Source: Ginglymostoma cirratum
Taxonomy: Eukaryota
DNA length: 54,113 nt
Assembly: GCA_024137785.1 (NCBI GenBank)
Contig: JAHRHZ010000085.1
Coordinates: 2,670,057-2,724,169, forward strand
Direction: 5' to 3'
In this document: in pieces, positions 1 to 11,723 of the stretch
How positions within the stretch are numbered: position 1 is the first letter of the stretch
How the letters are laid out: each line of letters opens with the position of its first letter
Position numbers and translations under genes: made by a program
The notes under the pieces: model-generated
Told to the model about the DNA's origin: nothing
The model's database searches: none
What the model saw: the letters and a program-made list of their open reading frames with translations, nothing else

Positions 1-641
1 TTCCACATCAGGCAGAGGTTCACCTGCACATCTGCCAATGTGGTATACTGCATCCGCTGTACCCGTTGTGGCTTCCTCTACATCGGGGAAACCAAGCGGA
101 GGCTTGGGGACCGCTTTGCAGAACACCTGCGCTCAGTTCGCAACAAACAACTGCACCTCCCAGTCGCGAACCATTTCAACTCCCCCTCCCATTCCTCAGA
201 TGACATGTCCATCCTTGGCCTCCTGCAATGCCACAGTGATGCCACCCGAAGGCTGCAGGAACAGCAAATCATATTCAGCCTGGGAACCCTGCAGCCCAAT
301 GGCACCAATGTGGATTTCACAAGCTTCAAAATCTCCCCTCCCCCAAACGCATCCCAAAACCAGCCCAGCTCATCTCCACCTCCCTAACCTGTTTTTCTTC
401 TCACCTCAAGCCACACCCCCATCTCCTATCTACTAACATCATCCCGCCCCCTTGACCTGTCCGTCCTCCCTGTACTGACCCATCTCCTCCCTACCCCCCT
501 ACCTACACTCACCTTTACTGGCTCCATCCCCGCCTCGTCTCCTTGTCTGCCTCCTCTCCACCTATCCTCTCCTCTATCCATCCTCTATCCACCTCCCCCT
601 CTCTCCCTATTTATTTCAGAACCCTCTTCCCCTCCCCCATG
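1..641 (+). mobile_element. Penelope-like element, 3' part (GIY-YIG endonuclease and tail)
   Basis: ORF 40-387 'VYCIRC..CGFLYIGETKRRLGDRFAEH...PVANHF' is a PLE GIY-YIG C-terminus; near-identical copies at 13380-14155 and 20893-21590. Confidence 0.9.
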
Positions 642-741
642 NNNNNNNNNNNNNNNNNNNNNNNNNNNNNNNNNNNNNNNNNNNNNNNNNNNNNNNNNNN
701 NNNNNNNNNNNNNNNNNNNNNNNNNNNNNNNNNNNNNNNNN
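642..741. other. Assembly gap (100 N)
   Basis: Run of N; sequence after the gap repeats about 426-640. Confidence 0.99.
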
Positions 742-1052
742 CTATCTACTAACATCATCCCGCCCCCTTGACCTGTCCGTCCTCCCTGTACTGACCCATC
801 TCCTCCCTACCCCCCTACCTACACTCACCTTTACTGGCTCCATCCCCGCCTCGTCTCCTTGTCTGCCTCCTCTCCACCTATCCTCTCCTCTATCCATCCT
901 CTATCCACCTCCCCCTCTCTCCCTATTTATTTCAGAACCCTCTTCCCCTCCCCCATTTCTGATGAAGGGTTTAGGCCCGAAACGTCAAGTTTTCCTGCTC
1001 CTATGATGCTGCTTGACCTGCTGTGTTCATCCAGCCCCATGCTTGTTATCTC
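742..1052 (+). mobile_element. Penelope-like element terminal repeat (pLTR) with hammerhead core
   Basis: Same tail as the other PLE copies; CTGATGA-agggtttaggccc-GAAACGTC at 959-986. Confidence 0.85.
955..990 (+). ncRNA. Minimal hammerhead ribozyme motif in PLE terminal repeat
   Basis: attt-CTGATGA-a-GGG tttagg CCC-GAAAC-GTC-aagt: core boxes, stem II GGG/CCC, stem I attt/aagt; PLE terminal repeats are known to carry minimal hammerheads. Confidence 0.65.
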
Positions 1053-1426
1053 GTTTTATGGTGATGTTGGGTTATTGAAGATGCACATCCCTCACAATTT
1101 AATTACACCTCACCACTGAACTGGTTTCTGACTATACCTTTGGGACAAAGCGCCGAAGGGAGATGTTGCCTGACAGTGAGGGGTGATTAGCTAATGTATC
1201 AAAATATTGCCGAGTCAATGGGACACAAACCAACTTGGGGATTATTACGGTGGGCCATGAATCCAGGCCTATTAAATGCCATAAAGTTACCCCATCTTCA
1301 GCAGTTTTATCGCATCTGTGCCTCAGTGTTCAAACCAAATATTGTTTTTACTGTGACAGTGGAAATAACCAATGGAAATAAATAACCTTCCCATTGCCGC
1401 TCTGTGAACACACCATTAACACAACA

Positions 1427-1523
1427 GAGATAACAAGGTGTGGAGCTGGATGAACACAGCAGGCAAAGTAGCATCATAGGAGCAGGAAGTCTGACGTTTT
1501 GGGCCTAGACCCTTCTTCAGAAA
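1427..1523 (-). mobile_element. Penelope-like terminal fragment
   Basis: Reverse complement of the PLE end seen at 959-1052. Confidence 0.8.
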
Positions 1524-2084
1524 TTAACGTTACAGAGGCGAGGCAGGAGCGATGCACTCCTCACTATTCCCACTGAGGCGGGAATACGTGTGTTAATTTC
1601 CATGGATATTGAAACTCAACAAAATAAAATTGCTAAAGCTGGGCAACTAACCAAAGAAGCTATTAAACTATTCGCAGCGTGGACCAAACCATTACCCCAC
1701 AGAGATTTAGCCAATTGGTTTTTGACTGACATGGTTTGGAAGTTTGCAAATAACACAGTTTAGGAAATGTGTCACACCCAGAGGCCTGGAGTTTGTGAGA
1801 CGGGCACTGTGGAATCTGTGTTAGAGTTCCAAATGCTGCCATCGCCAAAGTCCACACCGAATCCAAAAGGCAGGATGAGAATCACTTTTTAAAAACATAT
1901 GTATGGGTAGTTTAACCTAACCATTTAACTCTAATATATATCCACAATTTAAAATGTCAACTATTAATTCATATACTTATGAATTTTTAACCAAATAAAT
2001 TAGCTCTAATAATGTCTTGCAATTATTTCAAGCTGACATTAAATTTATTTGTTGGATACTTTAGGCCTAACAATACGAAATATT

Positions 2085-2570
2085 TGATTACTTGGGCAGG
2101 GTGCAGCGGAGATTCACCAGGATGCTATCTGGTTAGGAACATTTTAGCTGTGAAGAGTCTGGAGAAGCAGGGACTGTTTTCTTTGGAGCAGAGAAGGTTG
2201 AGAGGAGCCTTGATTGAGGTGTATACGACTATGAAGGCAGGGACGGGGTGGAATAAATGCAACGGTTCCCTTTTGTTGAAGGATGACTAACATGAGGTCA
2301 TAATTTATAGAGGGAAAGGCAAGAAGTTTAGAGAGAAATGGAGGATTTATTTTTCACCAAGAGGGTTTTGGGTATCAGGAATGCACTACCTGGGAGGGTG
2401 GTGCAGGTAGGAAACCTTTTAGAAATGTACGTGGGCAAGCACTTAAAATGTCATAACATTCAAGGCTATGGGTGAAGTGCTGGAAAGTGTGATTGGTGTA
2501 AAAAGGTGGGCTGCACCCAATGGACCAGAGTGCTGTTTCTGTGCTGTGTAAACTGATGATATTCCTCTCG
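2085..2570 (+). mobile_element. CR1-type LINE 3' fragment
   Basis: 'LEKQGLFSLEQRRLRGALIEVY' CR1 ORF2 C-terminal motif followed by a 3' UTR. Confidence 0.85.
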
Positions 2571-2575
2571 CATAC

Positions 2576-2765
2576 AGTAAGGACTGCAGATACTGGAAGC
2601 TAGAATCAATAAATGTGGGAATGAAAAAGCACAGCAGGTCAGACAGCACCCGAGGAGCAGGAAAGTCAATGTCCTCACGAGGAATTTTGGCCAAAACATT
2701 GACTTTCCTGCCTCTCGGATTCTGTCTGACCTGCTGTGCTTTTCCAGCTCCACATTTATTGACTG
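2576..2765. mobile_element. Hairpin (inverted) Penelope terminal fragment
   Basis: Inverted arms tcaataaatgtgg..aaagcacagcaggtcagacag / ctgtctgacctgctgtgctttt..ccacatttattga. Confidence 0.75.
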
Positions 2766-3096
2766 TTGTTCCTCCCTATCTCTTTGTCACTCTTTAACGT
2801 ATCCCGTCATTCAATTTGACACTGAACTTAACTTCGGAAATGAATTGCAACATTGCGTATTTAATCTAAATTATGGGACCTCTCAATGACGAATATCATC
2901 TATTGGCTGTTCCCCACGTGACAACATACTCTTGTTTGGAATAAGATGTCGAAAGGAAACCTTTGACCACACAATGGTGTCAAGTTTCGGGATTAACACG
3001 ATCAGAGACAAATGACTGTAGTAATCGCTTTCTATTTGGTGAATCTTTTTAAACAATGTCTGAAAGATTACCGTACAATGTGTCAGAGAATCTCAC

Positions 3097-3403
3097 CTTC
3101 TTTCGGAACAGTGCAGCTGGCATTTACTGGAAATGAGCTCGAAACGTGATATACTTGACACACGTAGGCTGTGTCACTTTCAGGTGTATTTGGCGCGTCC
3201 AAGGAGCTGACCACTTCATGAAGTCCCTCGCCTTTTGCCTGTTGTACATTTCTAAATCCAGTGAAGATGAGTGTACCGTTTCTGTGCCAAGTAAGGTTAA
3301 AAGTCTTCCAGAGAAAAGCCAGAAGTCCTGCACTGCAGCTTGAAAGAAGCAGATGAATCGTCTTCGGAACAGACCGAAATAATTTTTAGGGGAGGTGGTG
3401 AAG
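3097..3403 (-). CDS. Copy A C1-set Ig exon (307 nt, +1 frameshift at 3299-3302)
   Basis: atgcag|CTTCACC...AAAGAAG|gtgaga; ASPPPLKIISV..FKLQCRTSGFSLEDF/NLTWHRNG..VVSSL..YVCQVYH; homologous exon of B is 306 nt. Confidence 0.85.
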
Positions 3404-3537
3404 CTGCATTGTAAAGAATGACATTTAAACAAACGTGGACATAAGACTTCTACTCAAAAACTTAAACGATTTAATGACCGAACCAACTGCTACGTCTGGC
3501 TTCGGCAGCTACATTGATCGTCATTATTTATACCCAT

Positions 3538-3678
3538 TAGGGGCATTTAAACAGTCCTTGGATCAGCAGATGGATGATGATGGGATAGTGTAGGGGGATG
3601 GGCTTAGATGAGTTCACAGGTCGGCGCAACATCGAGGGCTGAAGGCCCTGTTCTGCGCTGTATTGTTCTATGTTCTAT
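3538..3678 (+). mobile_element. CR1-type LINE 3' end
   Basis: Tail ending gaaggccctgttctgcgctgtattgttctatgttctat; related tail at 53400-53548. Confidence 0.7.
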
Positions 3679-4233
3679 ACTGGTCGGGGTTGCTATTACT
3701 TTTATGATGTGGCGACCTCCTAATGCAATTGATATTTCACCTGCATGTTCAGCAAAATTGAACGTTAATTAATGCACATATGATTGAGTCTCATACTGTA
3801 CACTCCTAGCAATCAGCGGTTTGGGAACTGGGTCATAGAAAATGAGACAGCCACATTCCAAACGAGAGGAATAGGAATTTAGCTTTTCAAAGTTGAAAAT
3901 AAAGTGCCATTTAAAGTCCTTAATATTGCCGATGACATCCAGACAATTCATTGTGTTACTCCATGCTAAAATTGTAAAAAGTGCTTCACTTGGAAGTCTT
4001 GCATTAGCTTTCTGTGCAACACAAATTTAAATACCATTTGCTGATACAGCACAATTGCTGAAGTGTGCAGTGTCGCTGGTGATGCTTTCTTTTTTACAAC
4101 TTTATTGAACATGTAATTCCAAAGAAGTGACCCATTCTGTATTCACTACATATATTTATGAAATAGTAGCTGCTACCGCGCTTTCACTGTTCCTTTGAAC
4201 CAAGACCGAACATTTAACTTTGGTCAGACTAAC

Positions 4234-4542
4234 CGTAAACAACAAGTTGCATCGTTTGTTTGTTGACCCTTTGTTGCTGATTTTTGACAGCACAGTAATA
4301 TGTTCCAGTGTCCAGGATGGTCACATTGAAGAGATAAAGGTAGCTTCCAGCTTTCCTTACTTTGAAGAATTTTCTTCCGTCCTCCTCCAGAAGCGCCTCA
4401 CTACTTTCTCTCCACCATTTAACATTTACATTAGAATCATTGACTTCAAAGGGGAACGGGCATGGCAGGATAACTGATGCAGTTATCAGGGTCTTTACTT
4501 GTATAACATTTGGATTAACTTTGTCCAAAGTGCACAGAGCAA
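4234..4542 (-). CDS. Copy A V-set Ig exon
   Basis: aacag|TTGCT...TACG|gttagt; C(PFPF)..W(WRE)..LFNVTILDTGTYYC V-set motif; open frame (ORF 4229-4552). Confidence 0.9.
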
Positions 4543-4851
4543 CTGTTAACAAAATATATATGTATACTGATTAAACAGGGAAGATAAAACTGCATGATGA
4601 AACAATATAATTCAACCAATACGTTCATACAGTAGCAATTTAGTGAGTCTTGATCTTTAAATTCTGCTCCACTATCTGAATTTCTGAACTATCGCAAATT
4701 TTTTTTCACTCATGCAGAAGATTCCTCGGACATGAAAACACTATCGGGAGAAACATACAAAAAATGTGCCCGAATATCCGTCAATTATCAGTTCAATTAT
4801 TCTTCCGTCTTGTTAAACCACATTTCAAACACTGCAAGAAGAAACATGTAC

Positions 4852-4906
4852 CTGGATACGAAACATACAACAAACAGAAGTTCCACAGTGATCCACAAAC
4901 AAACAT
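4852..4906 (-). CDS. Copy A leader (signal peptide) exon
   Basis: 55 nt MFVCGSLWNFCLLYVSYP+G|gtacat; same length and similar sequence as the leader of B. Confidence 0.8.
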
Positions 4907-7427
4907 AGCGACAACAAAAATATGGAAGATCATGCACTGGATATAAAAAGTCAACTGAGGAAGGTTTATTGGACCATCAGTTATGCATCGATTTTAATCA
5001 CCTGGGTCTGTAATGAAAGCAAGAAGCACGTGAGTAATTGCTTGCCGAGCGCACAACATGCGCATGTTTTCAGATAAGATCTTGTTGTGGAAGTCTTGCA
5101 GGGGATTAATATGAAAGAAAAGAAGAAATTCCAACCAACGTCAGATGGCTAATGCTATTCCAAGTTCAAAGGATAACAATTTGAATTTATATCGCATCTT
5201 AAATATCACAGGGCTGAAATCAAGGTAAATATTGCCTCAACCTTAGCATCAGTCCCATACTTCAGTTGCATTTACAAATGTAATTGATGACACGTATGCA
5301 GTATGTTGCCATTTTCCCAAGTTGTTGATATGTTTGAAACCTCATGTCATTAAAAGTCCATTGCAGCAGTGTGGAATGTCATTAGTAGCATAAATAAGGC
5401 AGATAGAGAAAAACCTTTCCCCTTCGTAGAGGCATCAATGTCAAGGTACATCAATTAACGATGAGGAGCACATGATTTAGAGGGGTTTGAGGAATTTCAT
5501 TTCACACAATGAGTTGTGAGTATCTTGAGCGAACTGTCTAAAAGAGCAATAGACGTGGGAAATCTCAAAATATTTCAGAAAAAAATTAGGTGAGTACTTG
5601 AAACCATGTAGCATACAAGGATACAGACCAAGTGCTGGGAAATGTGATTTAAACAAGTCAATGCTCAATGACCAGCACAGACACAATGGCCGAAAAGCAG
5701 CTTTCCTTGCAGTTAAAAAAACATGATTCTGAATCTCACATCAGCATGTTTATTGTTTATTGTTTATTGTTTAGGTTAGGGATTGTGATGTTCACATCTA
5801 CTGGGAGATCAACACATCATGGTTCGTGTTGCCATTCAAGGGCAGTTTCATCAACAAACATCACACTCAAATAAACACTCCGACCTCCACCAGCTGTGGC
5901 TGTGCGATGCAGGTGTCAGATTTTTTGATGCCGTGTGTAATTTATTCAAGAATGTGATTAAAACTGTAACGATGAGAAATGAAAGTAAGCCGGTTGAATA
6001 TTAGCAAAAATGTTGACTTGCGACTTTGTCAATTTTTAATTTTTTGATCATATTTCATTTTACAAAATTAGTAACTTTTATTCTTAAGAATGCTGAACCA
6101 TGAGGGGAAGTATGTATATTTCCAGAATATCAGTCCCAGCAATTCAAACCTTGGCAGGATGTAGTGATGTATCGCAATTTTAGTCAAATTGCAGTGCAGT
6201 TAAAGTGTTAAATCAGGAGAGAATTTCACAATATCTGGGTGCATCACTTGGAAGTTGCAAGATTCAACCGGTACAGAGGAAAACACGAAATAAATTGCAG
6301 AAAGGTTAGATATGGTGAAACGGAATCTTTTGCTAAAGATATGAAGTATAATGATGCAAATGTAAAATTAGTGTCAGGTCATTCAGATCAAAATCAGTCA
6401 CGATGGTGGTGGTCGAGAGTAACAAAGGCGCCAGAGGTAAGCATATTAGGTGGGTGAGGAGCTGTGGGGAAAGGTGAATGAGGAGCAGTGACAGGAGGTA
6501 AATGGATGAGAGGGGATGATGGGTTGGATGGGGTTAGATATCTAGGTCTGTAGTGGGAGTGTTAGATATCTATATGTAGTGCTCAGCTCCTTTGGGCGAG
6601 GAACAGTTTCCTGGCGGGTCCAAGTGAAACAGATCTGGTAAGACGGAGCTGCCTCTCAGGGTGGAATGGGGTCTGTTAAACAGGAGTCAGAGTTTTCATT
6701 ACACAGGAGTTACAGCAAGTTTTATTCTGATAGTTTCTCCCCCCCTCTCGACACACAGAAACAGAGAATGTAGGACCAGGAGTAGGCCATTCGGCTCTTT
6801 GAGCCTGGTCGATTCTGTCCGATCCTGGCTGATCATCCAATTCAGTCCCGTGTTCCTGCTTTCTCCCTGTATCCAATGATCCGTTAAGAACAATATCTAC
6901 AGTTTCCATGTAATTCACAAGAAGTAGGTACATAACAAACAGAGATAATGCTTGAGAATCTCAGCATGTATCGCAGCCCCGGTGGAAGCTCAAAGAAATA
7001 GAGTTAATATTTCCCGTCCAGTATGACTCTTCCTCAGAGATGCTAAGTTAGCCGGAACCCTCTGAAGCACCCAACTATAATTCAGAGTGTGATCTGTTTC
7101 AGTGAGCTCCAGGTACCGGTGGGAAGATGACTTCCCACCGGAAATGTAAACTTCCCAGAACCTTAACACAATGTCAGTCAGTCACAACTTCCAGACATCC
7201 CAGTTGCACCCAGTCTCCGAGTATCCAGGGACAGGAAAAACTGAGCTTCGTACAAATTCCCAATGGTTGTCATTGTGTTGGTGAATGAATAAACACAACT
7301 CGTACTTGTTAATATGACGTTTCTTTCCTGTACATTTTATGACACCACATTTTACCATGCCTCAAACTGGGCATTCACCAAAGATGAACATGGTGTGAGA
7401 AATATTTCTTCGAAACCAGAAAGCCAA

Positions 7428-7730
7428 TTGTTTCTGGGGACCTGGGTTTGAATCCCATGATGGCAGAATGTGGAATTTGAATTCAATAAAAAATCTGGAA
7501 TTAGGAGCCTAATGGTGACCATGAGACCATTGTACAATTATCAGGAAAAGCCCATTTGGTTTACTTATGTCCTTGAGGGAATAAAATGGCCATTTTCACC
7601 TGGTCTGGCTCACATGTGACTCCAGACCCACAGGAATGAGGTTGATTCTTATCTGCCCTCTGGGCAACTAGGGATTGGCAATAAATGCCAGCTTAACCAG
7701 TGATGTGTCATCCCATCAGGGAATAGAAAA
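7428..7730 (+). mobile_element. tRNA-derived SINE (5' truncated)
   Basis: Matches SINE copies at 10451, 34012 and 39140. Confidence 0.8.
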
Positions 7731-10450
7731 ACAAAATTACTTTAAAAACATAACTGTTTAGTTTGGTGATAATACTATTGAGCATCTCATGTCAGATGGC
7801 TAATGCTATTCAAAGTTCAAAGGATAACAATTTGAATTCATATCGCATCTTTAATATCATAGGGATGGAATCAAGGTAAATATTGAATCAAACTTTCCAT
7901 CAGGCCCATACTTCAGTTGCATTTGAAAATTAATTACATATATCCGGTGTCTTTCCATTTTCCCAAGTTGTTAATTTATTTGAAACCTCATCGCTTCAAA
8001 CATCCATTGCAGCAGTATGTCCAGTTATAAGGACCATAGACAGAGCAGATTGGGATAAATATTTTGCCTCAGTACAGGCATCAATAATAAGGGGCACACT
8101 TTTAAGATGAGGAGTAGGTGGTTTTTGTGGTGTTTGAGGAATTTTATTTCACCCAGAGCATTGTGGGTACCTCACACTATCTAAAAGAACAATGGAGATG
8201 GGAAACCTCAAAACATTTCAGGAAAATTTAGTTGAGTATTTGAAACCATGTAGAATATAAGGTGACAGGCCAAGTACTGGGAAATGGAATAAGAATAAAT
8301 CCATGCTCGATGACCAGTACAGACACAATGGCCTACAGGCAGATTTCCTTGCAGTTAAAAACTTCTGTGACTCTCACATCAGCGTGTTTATTGTTTATTG
8401 TTTAGGTTTGTGATTGTTACGGCCACGTCCACTGCGAGATTATCACATCATGGTTCATGTTACCGCTCAAAGACAGTTTCATCAACAAACATCACACTCA
8501 AGTAAACACTCCGACCGGTGGCTCAGCGAAGTCAGGATCAGATTTCTGATACGATGTGTAATTTATTTCATAATGTGATCAAAAATATAACAATGAGAAA
8601 TGAAATTAAGCAGCATGAATATTGGCAAAAATGTTGACTTGTGACTTTGTCAATTTTTAATTTTTTGATCATATTTCATTTTTCAAAATTCGTAACTTTT
8701 ATTCTTAATAATGCTGAACCATAAGGGGAGGTATGTATATTTCCAGAATATCAGTCCCAGCAATTCAAACCTCGGCAGGATGTGGTGATGTATCTCAATT
8801 TTATTAAAAGTGCAAATGTCAAATTAGTGCTAGGTCATTCAGATCGAAATCAGTCATGATGGTCGTGGTATGTGGTGATGTATCTTACTTTCAGTAAAAG
8901 TGCAGTGAGGTTAAGGTGTTAAAGAAGGAGGGCATTTCACAATCTCTTGGTGTATATCTAAGTTCCAAGATTCAACTGTTGCAGATCAAAACACGAAATA
9001 ATTTGCAGATAGGTTACATGTGGTAAAACGGAATCTTTTGCTGAGGATATGAAGTATAAAGGAGCAAATGTAAAATTAGTGTTAGGTCATTCAGATCAAA
9101 ATCAGTAATGATGGTAGTGGTCGAGAGTAACAAATGCATCAAAGCTAAGCATAGTCGGTGAGTAAGTTGTTATGAGGATAGGTTGATGAGGAGCAGTGAC
9201 AGGAGGTATATGGATGAGAGGGGAAGATGGGTTGGATGGGGTCAGCTGTCTAGGCCTGTGGTGGGAGTGTTTGATATCTATATGTAGTGCTGAGTTCTTT
9301 TGGGTGAGTTGAAAAGATCTAGCAAGACGGAGCTGTCTGTCGGTGTGGGATGGGGTCTGATAAACAGGGGTCAGAGTTTTAAATAGACAGGAGTTACAGT
9401 GAGTTTTATTCTGATACTTCCCCCCACCCCCCCACCCCCCCACCTCTTGTGACACACAGAAACAGAGAATGTAGCAGCTGCAGTAGGCAATTTGGCTCTT
9501 TGAGCCCAGTTGATATATACGACTCTGTCTAATCATCCAATTCAATCCACTGTTCCTGCTTTCTGCCCATATACGATGATCCCTTCAGGAATATATCTAC
9601 ATGTTTCTTGAACGTCTTCAATGTTTTAGTCTCAACAGTTTCCATGTAATTAAGAAGTAACAGGTAAGGAACAAACAGAGATAATGCTTGCAAACCTCAA
9701 CAGGTTTGGCAGCACCTGTGCAAACAGGAAGAAATAGAATTAACATTTCCCATCCAGTATGACTCTTCTTCAGAGCTGCTAAGTTGCCCAGAACCCTCTG
9801 AAGCCCCCGACTATAATTCAGAGTGTGATCCATTTCAGTGGGCTCCAGGCACCAAGTGATTCCCCTCTGGAAATAAAAACTTCCCAGGCACTTAACACAA
9901 TGTCAGGAAGTCACGACTTCCAGACATCCCAGTTGCACCCAGTCTCCAAGTATCCAGGGACTGGAAGAACTGAGCTTCATGCAAATTCCCAATGATTGCC
10001 ATTGTATTGGAGAATGAATAAACACAACTCGTGCTTGTTTATATGATTATTTTCCTGCACATTTTATTACAACACATTTTATCACGTCTCAAAACTGGGC
10101 ATTCAACAAAATTGAACGTGGAGCGAGAAATATTTCTTAGATGCCAGAAAGCCAATTGTTTGTTCGAATATTCTTCGCCTAATGAAAATTTCTTCTTTGC
10201 TGAAAACTACTTCATGCATTTCTAATTAATTAACAAATACACCACATGCTGACACACATATCTGCACAACCCAATTAAAGTCACTCCATCAAGTTAAGCT
10301 GCCATGTGTGGTAATTGACAGCAGGTTTGTGCTGCGAAATTGTGCAACTTGGAGCCATCTACATGTCGGTTTATTGTGCAATACGTACCATTTAACTGAG
10401 CTTATACGCAAGTGGAAATATTGTAGAGCTGAACTGAATGCATGAAACAC

Positions 10451-10806
10451 AGGGAGGTGATGGCCTAATGATATTATCACTGGACTGTTAATCCAGATGC
10501 CCAGGTAATGTTCTGGGGACCTGGGATTGAATCCCATGATGGAAGATGGTGGAATTTGAATTCAATAAAAAATCTGGAATTAAGAGTCTAATGATAACCA
10601 TGAGACAATTGTACAATTGTCAAGAAAAACCCATCTCATTCACTTCGGTCCTTCAGGGAATAAAATGGCCATCTTTACCAGGACTGGCCTACCTGTGACT
10701 CCAGATCGACAGGAATAAAGTTGACTGCTGCCTACCCTCTGGGCAAGGAGGGATGGGCAATGAGTGTTGGCTGAGTCCGTGATGTCTTCATCCGATCAAT
10801 GAATAC
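10451..10806 (+). mobile_element. tRNA-derived SINE (SacSINE/DeuSINE-like) with LINE-derived tail
   Basis: A-box-like tggcctaatg and B-box-like ggattgaatccc; tail gggatgggcaat.. shared with LINE at 42727; family name is recalled, not searched. Confidence 0.75.
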
Positions 10807-11723
10807 AAAAACAAAATTCCTTCAAAAACATAATTGCTTCATTTAGTAATACTATTATTGAGCATCTAAGCTTTGGAATGTTTTAGATTTCAATTACTTA
10901 CATATTTTGTAAATGAACTGCAGAGTTGCTGGGTCTCTTTGAATTCCAGGGCTCATGTTAAATGATCCGAACACCATTGCAGCAGATCACATTTGTGCAG
11001 CCAATCCTTTCACATTTATTGATCAATGGAAAACAATAAGGCGCATATATGACAGGACAAGGAGACACCAACTTTTTAACAGCAGGGTCAAGTTATGATT
11101 CAAATCTCATGGTTTAATGTTCAAAATAAATTTCAACAGCTTCTAGAAAAGTCCAGTATCGCTGCAACACAGCAACACCTGGAAGACCACACATCACAAA
11201 CATAATGCTGAAAACAGGTCAATTCAGTCCTCATGATCTCCAGGAACAGAGGATTTCTTAAATAATAAAACACAGCTCACAGATATCGACTCTCAGCTGG
11301 AAAATTTAAATTTGAGTTATCTCCAAGACAATCTTGGTTCTGACTTAATTAAGTACTGGGCTTGTTCTGCTGAATATTGTTAAATGGAATTCATGGTTGT
11401 TGTTTTTTACCTGATTTGTACATAGCTGGTCATCTCACTGATTGCTCACAGTTAGTTGCCCTTCAGAAACCGGTGGTGAGCCTTCTTCAGGAACTGGTGC
11501 AGTCAATGCAGTTCAGATCTATCCAATGTGCTGTGAAGAAGGGGATAGGTAATTTGGATCCAGGAGCAACTCAGATGATTACAGTTCTAAGGTGGGTGAT
11601 CCATATCATGACTGATGACTGCCTATCTTCTATCCAGGTGGTACAATTGCATAGTATTATGGAGCATTTCCAATTACCATTACCGAGATGAATGCAGTTG
11701 CAACGGAACTCTAGAAAGTGGCA

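Larger units (their letters stand above)
3097..4906 (-). pseudogene. SIRP-like V-C1 Ig-superfamily receptor, copy A (leader, V, frameshifted C1; TM/tail not found in window)
   Basis: Three phase-1 exons with GT/AG ends, homologous to copy B; +1 T in C1 gives GAC TTT TAA. Confidence 0.75.
5141..10866 (+). repeat. Tandem duplication of a ~2.6-3.1 kb unit (5141-7787 and 7792-10866)
   Basis: Both units start cagatggctaatgctatt..aagttcaaaggataacaatttgaat, share CR1 and SINE pieces in order, and end ..tattgagcatct; third copy starts at 34502. Confidence 0.9.

Noticed and set aside
426-955. Tandem PLE terminal repeats either side of the gap
   Set aside because: The exact repeat abuts a 100-N gap, so unmerged contig overlap is as likely as a real tandem pLTR
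1590-1670. Possible TM exon of copy A (minus strand IASLVSCPALAILFC*)
   Set aside because: Only ALAIL matches; flanked by stops, with no convincing splice sites
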